DNA from: Lytechinus pictus
Taxonomy: Eukaryota
Direction: 5' to 3'
Assembly (NCBI RefSeq): GCF_037042905.1
Contig: NC_087251.1
Span: forward strand, 33,854,001 to 33,918,000
Length of the DNA: 64,000 bases
Shown: positions 29,001 to 37,866 of the stretch, piece by piece
Position numbering within the stretch: the first letter of the stretch is position 1
Layout of the letters: every line of letters begins with the position of its first letter
The notes under the pieces: model-generated
Seen by the model: only the letters and a program-made list of their open reading frames with translations
Databases searched by the model: none
What the model was told of the DNA's origin: nothing
Program-made: the position numbers and the translations under genes

Positions 29001-31633
29001 GCTCCTACACACGTTGGTGAATAGCGCCCTGGATGTGTGTGGCGGAGATAGTGCCTACACACGTTGGTGAATAGCGCCCTGGGTGTGTGTGGCGGAGATA
29101 GTGCCTACACACGTTGGTGAATAGCGCCCTGGGTGTGTGTGGCGGAGATAGTGCCTACACACGTTGGTGAATAGCGCCCTGGGTGTGTGTGGCGGAGATA
29201 GTGCCTACACCGTTGGTGAATAGCGCTCTGGATGTGTGTGGCGGAGATAGTGCCTACACACGTTGGTGAATAGCGCCCCGTGTGGCGGAGATAGTGCCTA
29301 CACACGTTGGTGAATAGCGCCCTGGGTGTGTGTGGCGGAGATAGTGCCTACACACGTTGGTGAATAGCGCCCTGGGTGTGTGTGGCGGAGATAGTGCCTA
29401 CACACGTTGGTGAATGGCGCCCTGGATGTGTGTGGCGGAGATAGTGCCTACACACGTTGGTGAATAGCGCCCTGGATGTGTGTGGCGGAGATAGTGCCTA
29501 CACACGTTGGTGAATAGCGCCCTGGGTGTGTGTGGCGGAGATAGTGCCTACACACGTTGGTGAATGGCGCCTTGGGTATTTGTGGCGGAGATAGCGCCTA
29601 CACACGTTGGTGAATGGCGCCTTGGGTGTGTGTGGCGGAGATATATAGCGCCTAAATACACGTTGGTGAATGGAGCCTTGGGTGTGTGTGGCGGAGATAG
29701 CGCCTATACACGTGGGTGAATAGCGCCTATTGAGTCGGTGTGTAGACGACAGCGTGGATAGCGCCTATACATGTAAATGTATAGCGCCTACGACGTGTGG
29801 CTATGAAGAATGGATCTGAAATTCCTTGCAGGATAAGTGCAGCGTGGAGATGGGGATCTCTGAACGTCGAAGAGAAGTACTTGTTGGATATGCAGATACT
29901 AGCAACGAGGGAACTGGAGCTGTCCTATGTTGGGAAGGAGCAAGTCATATCCTATGCTAGTGGGGTACTGCATTCAGAAAGCAGAGAAAAAAACTACTAT
30001 GGGGCTCAAAAGGAGTCATGGGCCATGGTAGTATTTCGGAGCTGCAACAGAACTTCTATGGGCGGAGATCAGGACGGATCATCGGGCACTTGGTTGGATC
30101 TTTGCAGAGGCAAGGGTGGTTGCCGTGGAACTTGACATCAGCAATGAGCAGATACCAACAGAAAGAACCTTCGATCAGGTAGATCTTGGAAGCAGAGCAT
30201 CAGTCAGTCGACCGGCCCGATTGGTCAACGGTGGCTTCAAAGTCTAGTGTGGAGAAGTCCTATTGGAGGATGCACAGCTGGAGATGAAGCAAGACATACT
30301 CTACAGGAAGTAGGAGTGTGACCAAGGTCGGAATGTAACCTGGCATGTGATGTTGTTCTTCAGATAGATAGTTCGAAGGAATTGCGTTGGATGCACATCC
30401 GCTGATTGTTACGACAGGGTAACGCCTTGGCCTCCAAAGAAGTCTTTATAGAGAGAGATCGAGATGATGAAAAGTAGTTCTAGACATGCGCCTTGAAGAA
30501 ACCCCCCAAGAAGGAATCGTCTAGCACTATAATAGAAATCCGCAGAATAGATATTGGACAGAACTTTCGCTATATATTACTTTGTGCCAGAAACAGTCAG
30601 ACTCTGACGCATTTGAAATTTGTATTCAACATGTTGTTTTATGCCTTGATGTATTCTTTATATTTTTTGCTTCCATGTTTCCTTTTCCTATTTTCTAACC
30701 TTTCTTATGTAATTCTCTTGACATTTTCCTGATCTCAATGCTACTCTGTTTGCTCTTTCTATCTATTTCTGTATATAGATTGTTTTGGTTGTTAATGTAA
30801 GAACGGTACTTTATGTACTATGCCAATGTATATACCTGTATACTTTTAACGATGTTTTAATGTTTTATTTTCTTCTTTGGAAGAGCGAGATAACATTTAA
30901 AGAAATTTATTGTTATGCTTTGTTGTTAATATACCTGGTCCGAGGACAGCCCAGACTTGGGGAGGGGCTGTGTAGCGTAATGAGTTATACCTTTAAGATG
31001 TATTTCATAGTTTAATCGTAGAGGGCGATATTTTAGTTGTGATATGCTTTGCGATTATTGGAGAAGTACGTGAGTTCGCTGGGAGCTGCGGTGGCGTACG
31101 GTTGTAAGATGTAAGCTCCGAATAAATCAAGTTGAACTGTATACTGAATATCTCCCAAGTTGCTTCATTTGCATGATTTAGGAAATTAGGGTGAGTGAGC
31201 GGGTGATTCGGTGTATTTCAGAGGAGCGAGAGAGTGTACCACGTTGCACAATATACTTTTGTGAACGAACCTGCCCAAAAAGAGATATAAAAGTGAGAAG
31301 CGTGGACCGGGTTCTAGAGACTGCGAGACGGCAGAACGCTACCCCGACAGAGCTCGGTTACGCCACAATACTATTGCCTAAAAATCGTGAACATTCTCTG
31401 TAAGAGTCTATGCAACATCCTAAAATTATTCATGATAACCTGCCCAAAATTTTGCATGTTAATTGGCCCACACTGACATTCACTTCACTTGTGTTGGGAT
31501 TTTATTTAACTTCAACTTAAACTTAACGACATTTATACATACATGTGGGACCGAAGCAAAAATAAGGAGATACTCACCGCGTACCACCAACATTCAATTT
31601 GATGAGATCACCCGAACCCAACATCCCATTCAT
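4705..31633 (-). CDS. KCTD3: KCTD3/SHKBP1-family BTB/POZ + WD40 protein, complete 14-exon CDS (~697 aa): join of 31578-31633, 26607-26660, 25926-25971, 25167-25299, 24504-24584, 23325-23489, 22263-22547, 19668-19871, 16379-16495, 14153-14323, 7540-7695, 6120-6216, 5387-5577, 4705-5042
   Basis: All introns are GT-AG, phases are consistent, and the total of 2094 nt is divisible by 3. Recognisable family peptides: [145 protein letters not shown]. Probably a co-ortholog of vertebrate KCTD3 and SHKBP1. Confidence 0.95.
5387..5577 (-). CDS. KCTD3: KCTD3-like exon 13 ([48 protein letters not shown]...)
   Basis: ORF 5379..5618; TAG acceptor, GTAAGT donor. Confidence 0.95.
6120..6216 (-). CDS. KCTD3: KCTD3-like exon 12 ([33 protein letters not shown])
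   Basis: Manual translation; AAG acceptor, GTAAGA donor. Confidence 0.93.
6398..7056. mobile_element. MITE with ~30-bp TIRs and TA TSD
   Basis: TA|TCGTCGGCGGTCATCCGAACCGTCGTATCA ... TGATACGACGGTTCGGATGAACGCCGACGA|TA. Confidence 0.85.
7540..7695 (-). CDS. KCTD3: KCTD3-like exon 11 ([38 protein letters not shown]...AGNDI)
   Basis: Manual translation; conserved [19 protein letters not shown]. Confidence 0.95.
8560..10220 (+). repeat. Higher-order tandem repeat: ~375-bp units built partly from 42-bp subunits
   Basis: GAAAGAGCACTATAAATTGTGAAACAAGGAGAACT recurs at ~8643, 8932, 9306, 9681 and 10057; subunit CAAGGCGGGAATCATAGGGTGCCACG... Confidence 0.9.
14153..14323 (-). CDS. KCTD3: KCTD3-like exon 10 ([16 protein letters not shown]...SEKYLVS)
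   Basis: ORF 14127..14321; TAG acceptor, GTAAGT donor. Confidence 0.95.
15550..16131. mobile_element. MITE with ~38-bp TIRs and a poly-C end
   Basis: GGGCCACTTCCATTGACGAGTGGATACCATGCGCGACC / GGTCGCGCATGGTATCCACTCGTCAATGTAAGTGGCCC; internal ACCCTAAACAAGTA-like repeats. Confidence 0.85.
16379..16495 (-). CDS. KCTD3: KCTD3-like exon 9 ([39 protein letters not shown])
   Basis: ORF 16326..16598; AAG acceptor, GTAAGT donor. Confidence 0.95.
16762..17589. mobile_element. CpG-rich non-autonomous element with imperfect ~35-bp TIRs
   Basis: AGCTTTCTATCGCCAGACCGAACGTCAAGCTACTAC / GTAGTAGCTAACGTTCGGTGTGCGGGTAGAAAGCT. Confidence 0.7.
17790..18930. mobile_element. Foldback-like element with long imperfect arms around an internal degenerate tandem array; right arm interrupted by a SINE
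   Basis: 17942-17999 pairs with 18448-18508; 17862-17897 with 18550-18583; ~17811-17856 with ~18851-18893. Confidence 0.65.
18592..18845 (+). mobile_element. tRNA-derived SINE
   Basis: A box TGGTCCAGTGG and B box GAGTTCAAATCC in a tRNA-like head (18593-18666) with a degenerate anticodon arm. Confidence 0.65.
19355..19630 (+). mobile_element. Degenerate tRNA-derived SINE with L2-like tail
   Basis: GGGTCGTGGGATCAAACCCCGGCC B-box-like motif; 3' GCGCTATAAAAGA...ATCATTATTA tail. Confidence 0.55.
19668..19871 (-). CDS. KCTD3: KCTD3-like exon 8 ([31 protein letters not shown]...GSIYYI)
   Basis: ORF 19474..19887; TAG acceptor, GTGAG donor. Confidence 0.95.
20530..21085. repeat. Two-copy ~295-bp direct duplication
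   Basis: ATGCT.TTTAGCCTTTATTCAGATATCACATT...AATCCAAACATAAAG at ~20531 and ~20825. Confidence 0.85.
21520..21720 (-). mobile_element. 3' fragment of an L1/Tx1-clade non-LTR retrotransposon ORF2
   Basis: [21 protein letters not shown]...[22 protein letters not shown] resembles the KY.IY...IE...A....KL..H..KW C-terminus of invertebrate L1/Tx1 ORF2. Confidence 0.6.
22263..22547 (-). CDS. KCTD3: KCTD3-like exon 7 ([34 protein letters not shown]...)
   Basis: ORF 22225..22575; motif GHHNWI..AYAHF..CYRIKES. Confidence 0.95.
23325..23489 (-). CDS. KCTD3: KCTD3-like exon 6, poorly conserved linker ([54 protein letters not shown])
   Basis: Open frame, symmetrical phase 1-1, CAG acceptor and GTAAGG donor. 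The acceptor position is less certain. Confidence 0.7.
23790..24090 (-). mobile_element. 3' end of an L2/CR1-group LINE
   Basis: Minus strand [40 protein letters not shown] (typical ORF2 C-terminus), then GCGCTATATAAG and (ATT)n tail. Confidence 0.85.
24288..24497. repeat. (CAT/CAC)n microsatellite adjacent to the exon 5 donor
   Basis: Read directly; explains the poly-D/H/M/S ORFs. Confidence 0.97.
24504..24584 (-). CDS. KCTD3: KCTD3-like exon 5 ([27 protein letters not shown])
   Basis: Matches the KCTD3 post-BTB motif; CAG acceptor, GTAAGT donor. Confidence 0.92.
25167..25299 (-). CDS. KCTD3: KCTD3-like exon 4 ([44 protein letters not shown])
   Basis: BTB/T1 motifs FIDRDP, ILNYLR and EAEFYG; splice sites present. 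Confidence 0.95.
25926..25971 (-). CDS. KCTD3: KCTD3-like exon 3 ([15 protein letters not shown])
   Basis: TAG acceptor, GTAAG donor, BTB sequence. Confidence 0.93.
26607..26660 (-). CDS. KCTD3: KCTD3-like exon 2 ([17 protein letters not shown])
   Basis: CAG acceptor, GTAAGA donor, BTB sequence. Confidence 0.93.
   Translation of the reverse strand, partial: VLYISTDLDLDSGFIFF
28703..28720 (+). promoter_or_regulatory. Primer binding site complementary to a tRNA-Leu 3' end
   Basis: TGGTGGCCGCGGTGGGAT lies 1 nt after the 5' LTR. The complement of the metazoan tRNA-Leu(AAG/TAG) 3' end, from memory, is TGGTGGCAGCGGTGGGAT (1 mismatch). Confidence 0.8.
28823..29790 (+). repeat. Tandem array of ~18 copies of a 50-bp unit inside the LTR element
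   Basis: Unit GGCGGAGATAGTGCCTACACACGTTGGTGAATAGCGCCCTGGGTGTGTGT; degenerates toward the 3' end. Confidence 0.97.
29870..30135 (+). pseudogene. Frameshifted Gypsy pol RNase H remnant
   Basis: Read across frames: [15 protein letters not shown] (cf. DAS..G.GAVL), [23 protein letters not shown] (cf. VI.YASR.L...EKNY....KE.LA.V), [10 protein letters not shown] (cf. TDH.AL.WL). Confidence 0.8.
30959..30967 (+). promoter_or_regulatory. Polypurine tract
   Basis: GGGGAGGGG just upstream of the 3' LTR. Confidence 0.75.
31578..31633 (-). CDS. KCTD3: KCTD3-like coding exon 1 ([19 protein letters not shown])
   Basis: GCAGCCATG start context, BTB LNVGG motif, GTGAGT donor. Confidence 0.9.
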
Positions 31634-31834
31634 GGCTGCTCGATCTGGCCCGGGAATGTCGAAGTTTCGTCCCGAATTGCCTTTTATCTTAAACTTATTT
31701 TTGTTTTGTACACTAATTACGTCAGTTTCTAATGTGATTCATAATGACAAATTAAAACAACACTTGTCTTGTTTGGGCGTGAATCACTAACGTAGATGGC
31801 AGCAATCAGCTAGCAGAGTTGACTGCAGGAACAA

Positions 31835-32151
31835 CTGGGGCCGATTGCACGAAAGGGTCTTTCCAAGGACCGTCTTTCGTGTCGCCCATCTTTTATGATG
31901 CGCTGTAAGCGGGGTGTTTCTGAAATTTATGATAAACAAATAAAATTCGTAAGCTAGCTTTTAAATCAAATTTTATACAATTTCATGAGATATCACATCA
32001 TTTTATAAGAAAATATTTTTGTTTATTCAACGGACAAATAAAATATATTTGCAGATAATCTATTTGAAATGCGTTTCACATGGCGTATCATAAAAGATGG
32101 GCGACACGAAAGACGGTCCTTGCAAAGACCCTTTCGTGCAATCGGCCCCTG
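31835..32151. mobile_element. MITE with ~70-bp TIRs, ~200 bp upstream of the KCTD3 ATG
   Basis: CTGGGGCCGATTGCACGAAAGGGTCTTT...CCCATCTTTTATGAT vs its reverse complement at ~32083-32151. Confidence 0.88.
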
Positions 32152-32787
32152 TATTTTTCCAGTAGATGCGGTATAAAGGTATAAAGAGTTCAGAGTAGAG
32201 TAGTTCAACTCTGGCAAAGTTGTGAAAAGTTGCGTTATAAATGTAAAAAACAACAACAAAAGAAAATGGATAACAAATGTTTTTTTTTTTAATGAGAGGT
32301 CCATAGAGGTCCGACATGCCGTAGATAGCCCCTTAAGGAGCAAAATTTCTATTTGAAAAAATAGCTGCAAGTGAGCAAAAATGAAATTTTTTTAAATTCA
32401 AATATAGTTTGTGATAGATTTTTACATAATCAAATAATATTCCGAAACTCGTATCTCAGTCCCTTTTCCTTTTCTTTCCGTTTTTCCTGAAACTTTGTGG
32501 ATGTCCTTGGGCCTTGCTGGCCCATCTGTAGGCCATTGGTGATAGAATAAGTTGATTGATACTAAACCGAATGTGTATAGATTCACGTGAAAATAGATAA
32601 AATTGTAAATGGGCTAATTGGTGATAAGATCAAAATGGTTAGTAGATGAACTGGTTGTAAATGATAATTATATAGGATTAGAATGAGAACCTAGAAGACA
32701 AAATGGAGTAGTCAAATGCAATTTTCCATGCTGATTCTTCTCAATGACTGCTAAGAAATCAGGTATCGATTGATTTGGTATAATCAA

Positions 32788-32969
32788 TCGAGTGGTCTAA
32801 GGCGCCTGGCTATACATGAAAAAGTCCGGGGTTCGATCCCCGGCCGTGGCACCTATGCCCGTGAGCAAGGCATTTAAGCTACAATGCTCTTTTATCCTGC
32901 TTTCAAATAAATGGAAATGATATATGCATTGTTGGTAACTATATAGGTGTGAACTTGTTAAAAAAAAAA
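32788..32969 (+). mobile_element. tRNA-derived SINE (slightly 5'-truncated)
   Basis: CGAGTGGTCTAAGGCG...GGTTCGATCCCCGGCCGTGGCACCTATGCCCGTGAGCAAGGCATTT...poly-A; near-identical copy at 48126. Confidence 0.85.
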
Positions 32970-33339
32970 CAATAATCCGTCTAAAGAGAGGTCAAAGTAA
33001 CCGCATATGCTTCGAATTGGTAAATTGCCAAGTACCCCCAACTCGTCCACTCAGCGCATGGCCTACTTTCATTTAGTCTAATACTAATATTCCGTCCATC
33101 AACATTTCGTCGAACAAACCACTTGGTACAATCATCACTTCGTCTAATCACCATTTCGTCTCATAACCAGTTTGATAATGATACTACATGTATAACGACC
33201 TGTGTTCCTGCAATTTTCCTCTTTTCACTTTCAATTTTACTTGTAGTTGCACTACCCCTCCTTCCTTTCTTTGCCTCTCCCTTTTTCCTTATTATAATTT
33301 TATTATTACTATTGTTTTTTACTATTATTTTATTTTAGT

Positions 33340-33462
33340 ATTATTGTAATAATTATTATCATTATTATCATTATTATCATTATTATCATTATTATCATTA
33401 TTATCATTATTATCATTATTATCATTATTATCATCATTATCATTATTATCATTATTATTATA
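33340..33462. repeat. (ATTATTATC)n / (ATT)n simple repeat
   Basis: Read directly. Confidence 0.95.
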
Positions 33463-34651
33463 ATTAATATTAAAGTCACTCAATTTTTTGATCGCTTTAC
33501 TTTGATACTCTGTAGCCGATTACATGTTTTAATCCCGCTTCCGTTCGTCTTCATTAACCCCACTAGAAAATGCACTTCTTCATGTCGAGTGAAAACAACA
33601 CTAAAATGTTCAGCGAGCCAAGAGAAACAAACTTAATTGAATGTAATATTTTATCACCTGACTTAAATATCTTAAACAAAGCAGAATTTGAACACTGCTC
33701 ATTTTCTGGTGTGGTTCACTAACTTTTTAGAACCACGGTATATAGTTTTGTTAATGAGGTTATATAGGGGCTTGCCTTTCAGCTCAGTTTTTCTTGGCAG
33801 GTTCCTCCGTTCCGTTCCATTCACTTTTTATCGCTAAAATAATAGAAGCTCCCTTCAGTTCCTGTTTAATATCTATTTAATATTTTTATGTAACATCATT
33901 GAACTGTTTGTATTATTTTGAATAAATTATGTACTGTTACTTCAATTGTATTTTGTTTATTTTGTTGAACGGAATTGAATAAAATCTAATTTAAATCTAA
34001 TCTAATCATTGTGGGGAAAGATGGGGGTGGAATTACAGCAGAGATAAGAAAGAGCGAGAGAGAGAGAGAAAAAAAAATTAAGAGGGAGAGGGAGGGATAC
34101 TAAAAGAGTTGTGACAAAGCCGAGGAGAAGCTGCAGGGAAGTAGGGTGAAGGGGGCGGCCACCTCTTGTGATTTTGTCAATAGTGAAAAAAGGGAAACGG
34201 GTGGGGGTAAAAAAAAGAAAAAAAGTGGAGTGATGCATGGAGTAATGTTTTAAATATCTGGTGCATTCAAACACATGTAACTGGATTTTTTTCCTTCCAT
34301 GATGATCTCGAAAATCCAAAAAGCTTACCTGACTTAACAGACATCACCCGAGTTTTGATAGAAGCAATTTTTAAAACCCTAAATAAGAAGTGTATCTATA
34401 GACAGTTCCATGTGAATCACTTCAGCGCTACAGAGGGTGGGGCAGAGATGAACGCCCCATATTTGCTTTTAAGTGATGAAACATGCAAGGAATGAACCAA
34501 TTAGAGAGGAACAAAATAAGGGGAGACGTAAACGATCTAAATGCTTGGCCTGATTGTGTAACTATAAAATTACAATACCGCAGTACTTTTTAAATTCTTA
34601 TCATAATATCCTATATTGTGCAAACGTGTGGTAAGAGATGGGGATAGTAAA

Positions 34652-34921
34652 CAGGGCCCTGGCAACGATTTTTTTTACTGGGGGTGCTGAAGGAAATTTG
34701 ACAAGCCAAAAAAGGATAAAAATAAAAACAAACAAAATAAAAGGTTACATTACAAAATGAGGGTGATTTCGATCCCGAGAAATTTGACAAGCAAGCAAAA
34801 ATTAATGTCGTTACATTGCATGTGGTTACATATCTGCCATTTATCATACATACCAGATTTCCAGGGGGTGCGCTGTCCATGGAAAATAACACACGCAGCA
34901 CCCCCGCTTCCTAGGGCCATG
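34652..34921. mobile_element. Short hAT-like MITE
   Basis: CAGGGCCCTGGCAACG...GGGGGTGC / GCACCCCCGCTTCCTAGGGCCATG; no clear TSD. Confidence 0.5.
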
Positions 34922-35025
34922 CATGGAGATTCAAGTTGAATATTAAAGCGATTGTGAATCGATTTGAATTGGGGAATATTGGTGCATGTAAGTCTGTCAA
35001 CCCCGGCTGTTTTCCGCCAGAACAA

Positions 35026-36700
35026 TCGGTTCGGTGTAAAAATGGCAGAGGTAAAAATGGCAAAGGTAAAAATGGCAGAGGTAAAAATGGCAAAGGTAAA
35101 AATGGCAAAGATAAAAATGGCAGAGGTAGAAATGGCAGAGGTAAAAATGGCAGAGGCAAAAATGGCAGAGGTAAAAATGGCAGAGGTAAAAATGGCAAAG
35201 GTAAAAATGGAAGAGGAAGAAATAGGAGCGGTAATAATGACAGAGGTAAAAATGGCTGAGGTAAAAATGACAACACTTGAGTTGGTATTTCTTATTTTTT
35301 TCCTGGACTTACATGCACGACCTTCTCATGTCAAATCGCTCTTCTAATATTTAAATTTGAAGAACACTTTGGATCCCAAATATTGTACTGAATTCATTAC
35401 AGGGGAAATTTACACTGACATAGAGTATATTAAAGTGATATTGGTGAGGGTTTTAGGGAATCAATCAAAGATTTAAAAAGCTACTAAAATTTTACATGTT
35501 AATGGGGACGTCATATGCGAGCAGTTTTCCCCATAATTATATGGTGTAATAAAAGAAATATCAATGAAATGTCATTAAAAAAAAAAAATGGTTTTAATTG
35601 TACCTTAAGTATATTAACATACAAATAATTTCACATCCACTCCTAAAAGATTTTTTTTAGCAATCATGAACCACTGATTAAAAAATTGAAAAGTAGACAT
35701 TTTGGTGCACAAAATACGGGGTAGTTACTAATATATGACGTCACAGATCAAAAACTCAAACTTCTAATAACTTTTTAATCTTTGATGGGTTTTCCGCAAA
35801 CCTTCACCAATATATTTTTTCTGCTATTTTTACAGTAAACCATTCGACAGGATGAATTTCCCCTTTGAAACAGGTCTATAGAATGGTACCTAAGAAACAC
35901 CCATGAACTTAAATCCCTGATTCCCTACACATTTCAAAATTCATGCGGTACCCGTTACCATAGAAACTAGTTAAAGAACCTGATATCCACTTGGACTAGC
36001 TGCAATGAGGTATTACTCTGAAAAATGAACACTAGTTGCTATTATTTTATCATTTACATTAAACTATATACGTATCATATGAATATCTATTCGGATTCAT
36101 TATGATGTTGAAATATGAAAAATTACTTTTATTACAGAACGTTTTGTTAGTTGTCTGTTATCCAAGTTATGCAAGTGGTTCAAAGAAATCCCGAACTCGT
36201 CTATTTCAGTGTGTTAATGGTAGCGCACATTGGTGTTTACATTACAATTCGTTTTTTTTTTCTGTTACATTACAATTCGTTTGATATGTATGTGATGAAG
36301 TGCTGTTCTACTATACGAAATGGCCAAGATAAATCCTTTCATCACTCACTAACTGAAATCATTTTGGCATGAAAATGTTTGAGTTTAATCATATCAACGA
36401 TAAAGTGTAGACCTAAAATGATGAAAAAAAATCCAAATAATATCTCAACATAATACTCATTTTGTCGATAGGAGTCCATTCAAGGTCAATTATTACTGAT
36501 ATTAACTGGAAAGGCTATATATTTTCCTTGCTGATCTAGCATGTCATGATCTTTACCTCTGTAATTTTTACCTCTGCCCTTATTACCTCTGCCATTTTTA
36601 CCTCTGCCATTTTTACCTTTGCCATTGTTACCTCTGCCATTTTACCTCTGCCATTTTTACCTCTGCCATTTTTACCTCTGCCATTTTTACCCGGCACCGA
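35026..36700. mobile_element. Foldback element whose TIRs are arrays of a 15-bp unit (GGTAAAAATGGCAGA)
   Basis: ~16 units at 35035-35270, inverted ~10 units at 36548-36690; termini TCGGTTCGGTGTAAA / TTTACCCGGCACCGA. Confidence 0.88.
35400..35866. mobile_element. Non-autonomous TIR element nested inside the foldback element
   Basis: AGGGGAAATTTACACTG...ATTGGTGAGGGTTT...ATCAAAGATT...GACGTCATAT mirrored by ATATGACGTC...AATCTTTGAT...AAACCTTCACCAAT...CAGGATGAATTTCCCCTTT. Confidence 0.7.
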
Positions 36701-37866
36701 ACATCACAATGAACCTCCAATAATTATCAATCTATTCATTATGAAAAAGAAATAATATCCTGGAGCTGTCCCTGTGTAAACATGAGCTGTCAAATAATAG
36801 CAACAAAACATTTCCCTTGTACTCTCATATTATGCAATATTCGGAATTTCGAAACATGAGTGATATCGTGAGATTAATTGGCGCGCTGATCGAACTGTGC
36901 TCGTAGAGCGCGCAACTGCAACTATAATCACAGATTATACCTTTATCGAATCAGTTCTATGATACCATTCACCGCTCCCGATTGGCATTGGTCGTCATCT
37001 ATTTGATTTCAAGGAATAACCATGGACTGGTATTTGGGGCTCGTTTTACTATCTTCTATTAACAAAATCTGAGGATATTTTCCATTCTTATATTTTCCGA
37101 GTTGGCCTATAGAGTAACCCATACACTTCCAGTCTCATTTATGTAGAGCAGTTTAACAGGAAGAGATGACAGCATTGATCTACTGAGGTTCATTCTTTAT
37201 TTGCAGAGCGCAACCACCCTTTTTGTCTGTTTGTGTTCATTCTTATTTGTTTTCAAGTTCTTCTTTTGTCTGGATCCGACTGAAACTCTTCGCCAAACAG
37301 TTTCTTTTGCATACAGTTCTTGAGAGCATATGCACACGATCTGTACTGAGTCTATATTTTACGTAGAATATAACCGTCCGTATACAAGCGCAAAATATAC
37401 CTGCAATTAACAGCAATCGGTATCATGTATGCCGAGGCTAGAGACAATAGAGTTTTGGAAGACATTTACGGACAAACAAGTCGATGAAAGTGTTTTCATG
37501 TAATTGTTCTTCCCAACTTTTTTTTATTCATGTTATCCTTTATTCAGTTGTGAAATCAATGATTTGGTAAAGGATGATTTAAAAAAACTCTGTAGGATAT
37601 AATAAAAAAAAAATTTACTTCATTTTAATTTCTTCGCAGTGACACTTTTAGATCTTCCACAATATAGATCTATCCATTCGGTAACTTCACCTTGCAGTCC
37701 ATTTGTGGATCCTTGATCTTGGAATTTCAATTGTTCCAAGAACTATTCCTTGTCTCTAAAGCAGTACGCCTCCATTTCTTTTTTCAATATATATGACTGG
37801 CACAAGGATATTTCGTATATATGTTTCTTGGATTCCGTCGGAACTAACACGAAAAAAAAAATAACA

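Larger units (their letters stand above)
28310..31367 (+). mobile_element. Non-autonomous Ty3/Gypsy-type LTR retrotransposon (~3.06 kb) with both LTRs, in KCTD3 intron 1
   Basis: 5' LTR 28310-28701 and 3' LTR 30971-31367 (TGTAGCGTAA...TTACGCCACA); 4-bp TSD ATAC (28306-28309 / 31368-31371); PBS, PPT and RNase H remnant. Confidence 0.95.
27924..31459. mobile_element. TA-flanked MITE (~0.5 kb without the insert) interrupted by the LTR element
   Basis: ~90-bp imperfect TIRs (GCATGCCAAATTGTGGGCAGGTTATCATGAATAATTTTAGGAT... at 27924-28013 vs complement at 31372-31459); TA on both flanks; internal palindrome GCGAGGTTAGTA..TACTAACCTCGC at ~28183-28212. Confidence 0.8.

Noticed and set aside
28823..29790. 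CRISPR-like appearance of the regularly spaced repeats
   Set aside because: Units are contiguous with no unique spacers, there are no cas genes, and the array is inside a eukaryotic LTR element.
28522..31403. Twin ORFs [12 protein letters not shown]...
   Set aside because: Both lie in the duplicated LTRs, start at GTG and have no recognisable domain.
34911..35347. Repetitive ORFs (KNGRG / MAEVK / FLPLP)n
   Set aside because: Artefacts of the 15-bp TIR array, which is mirrored at 36548-36690.
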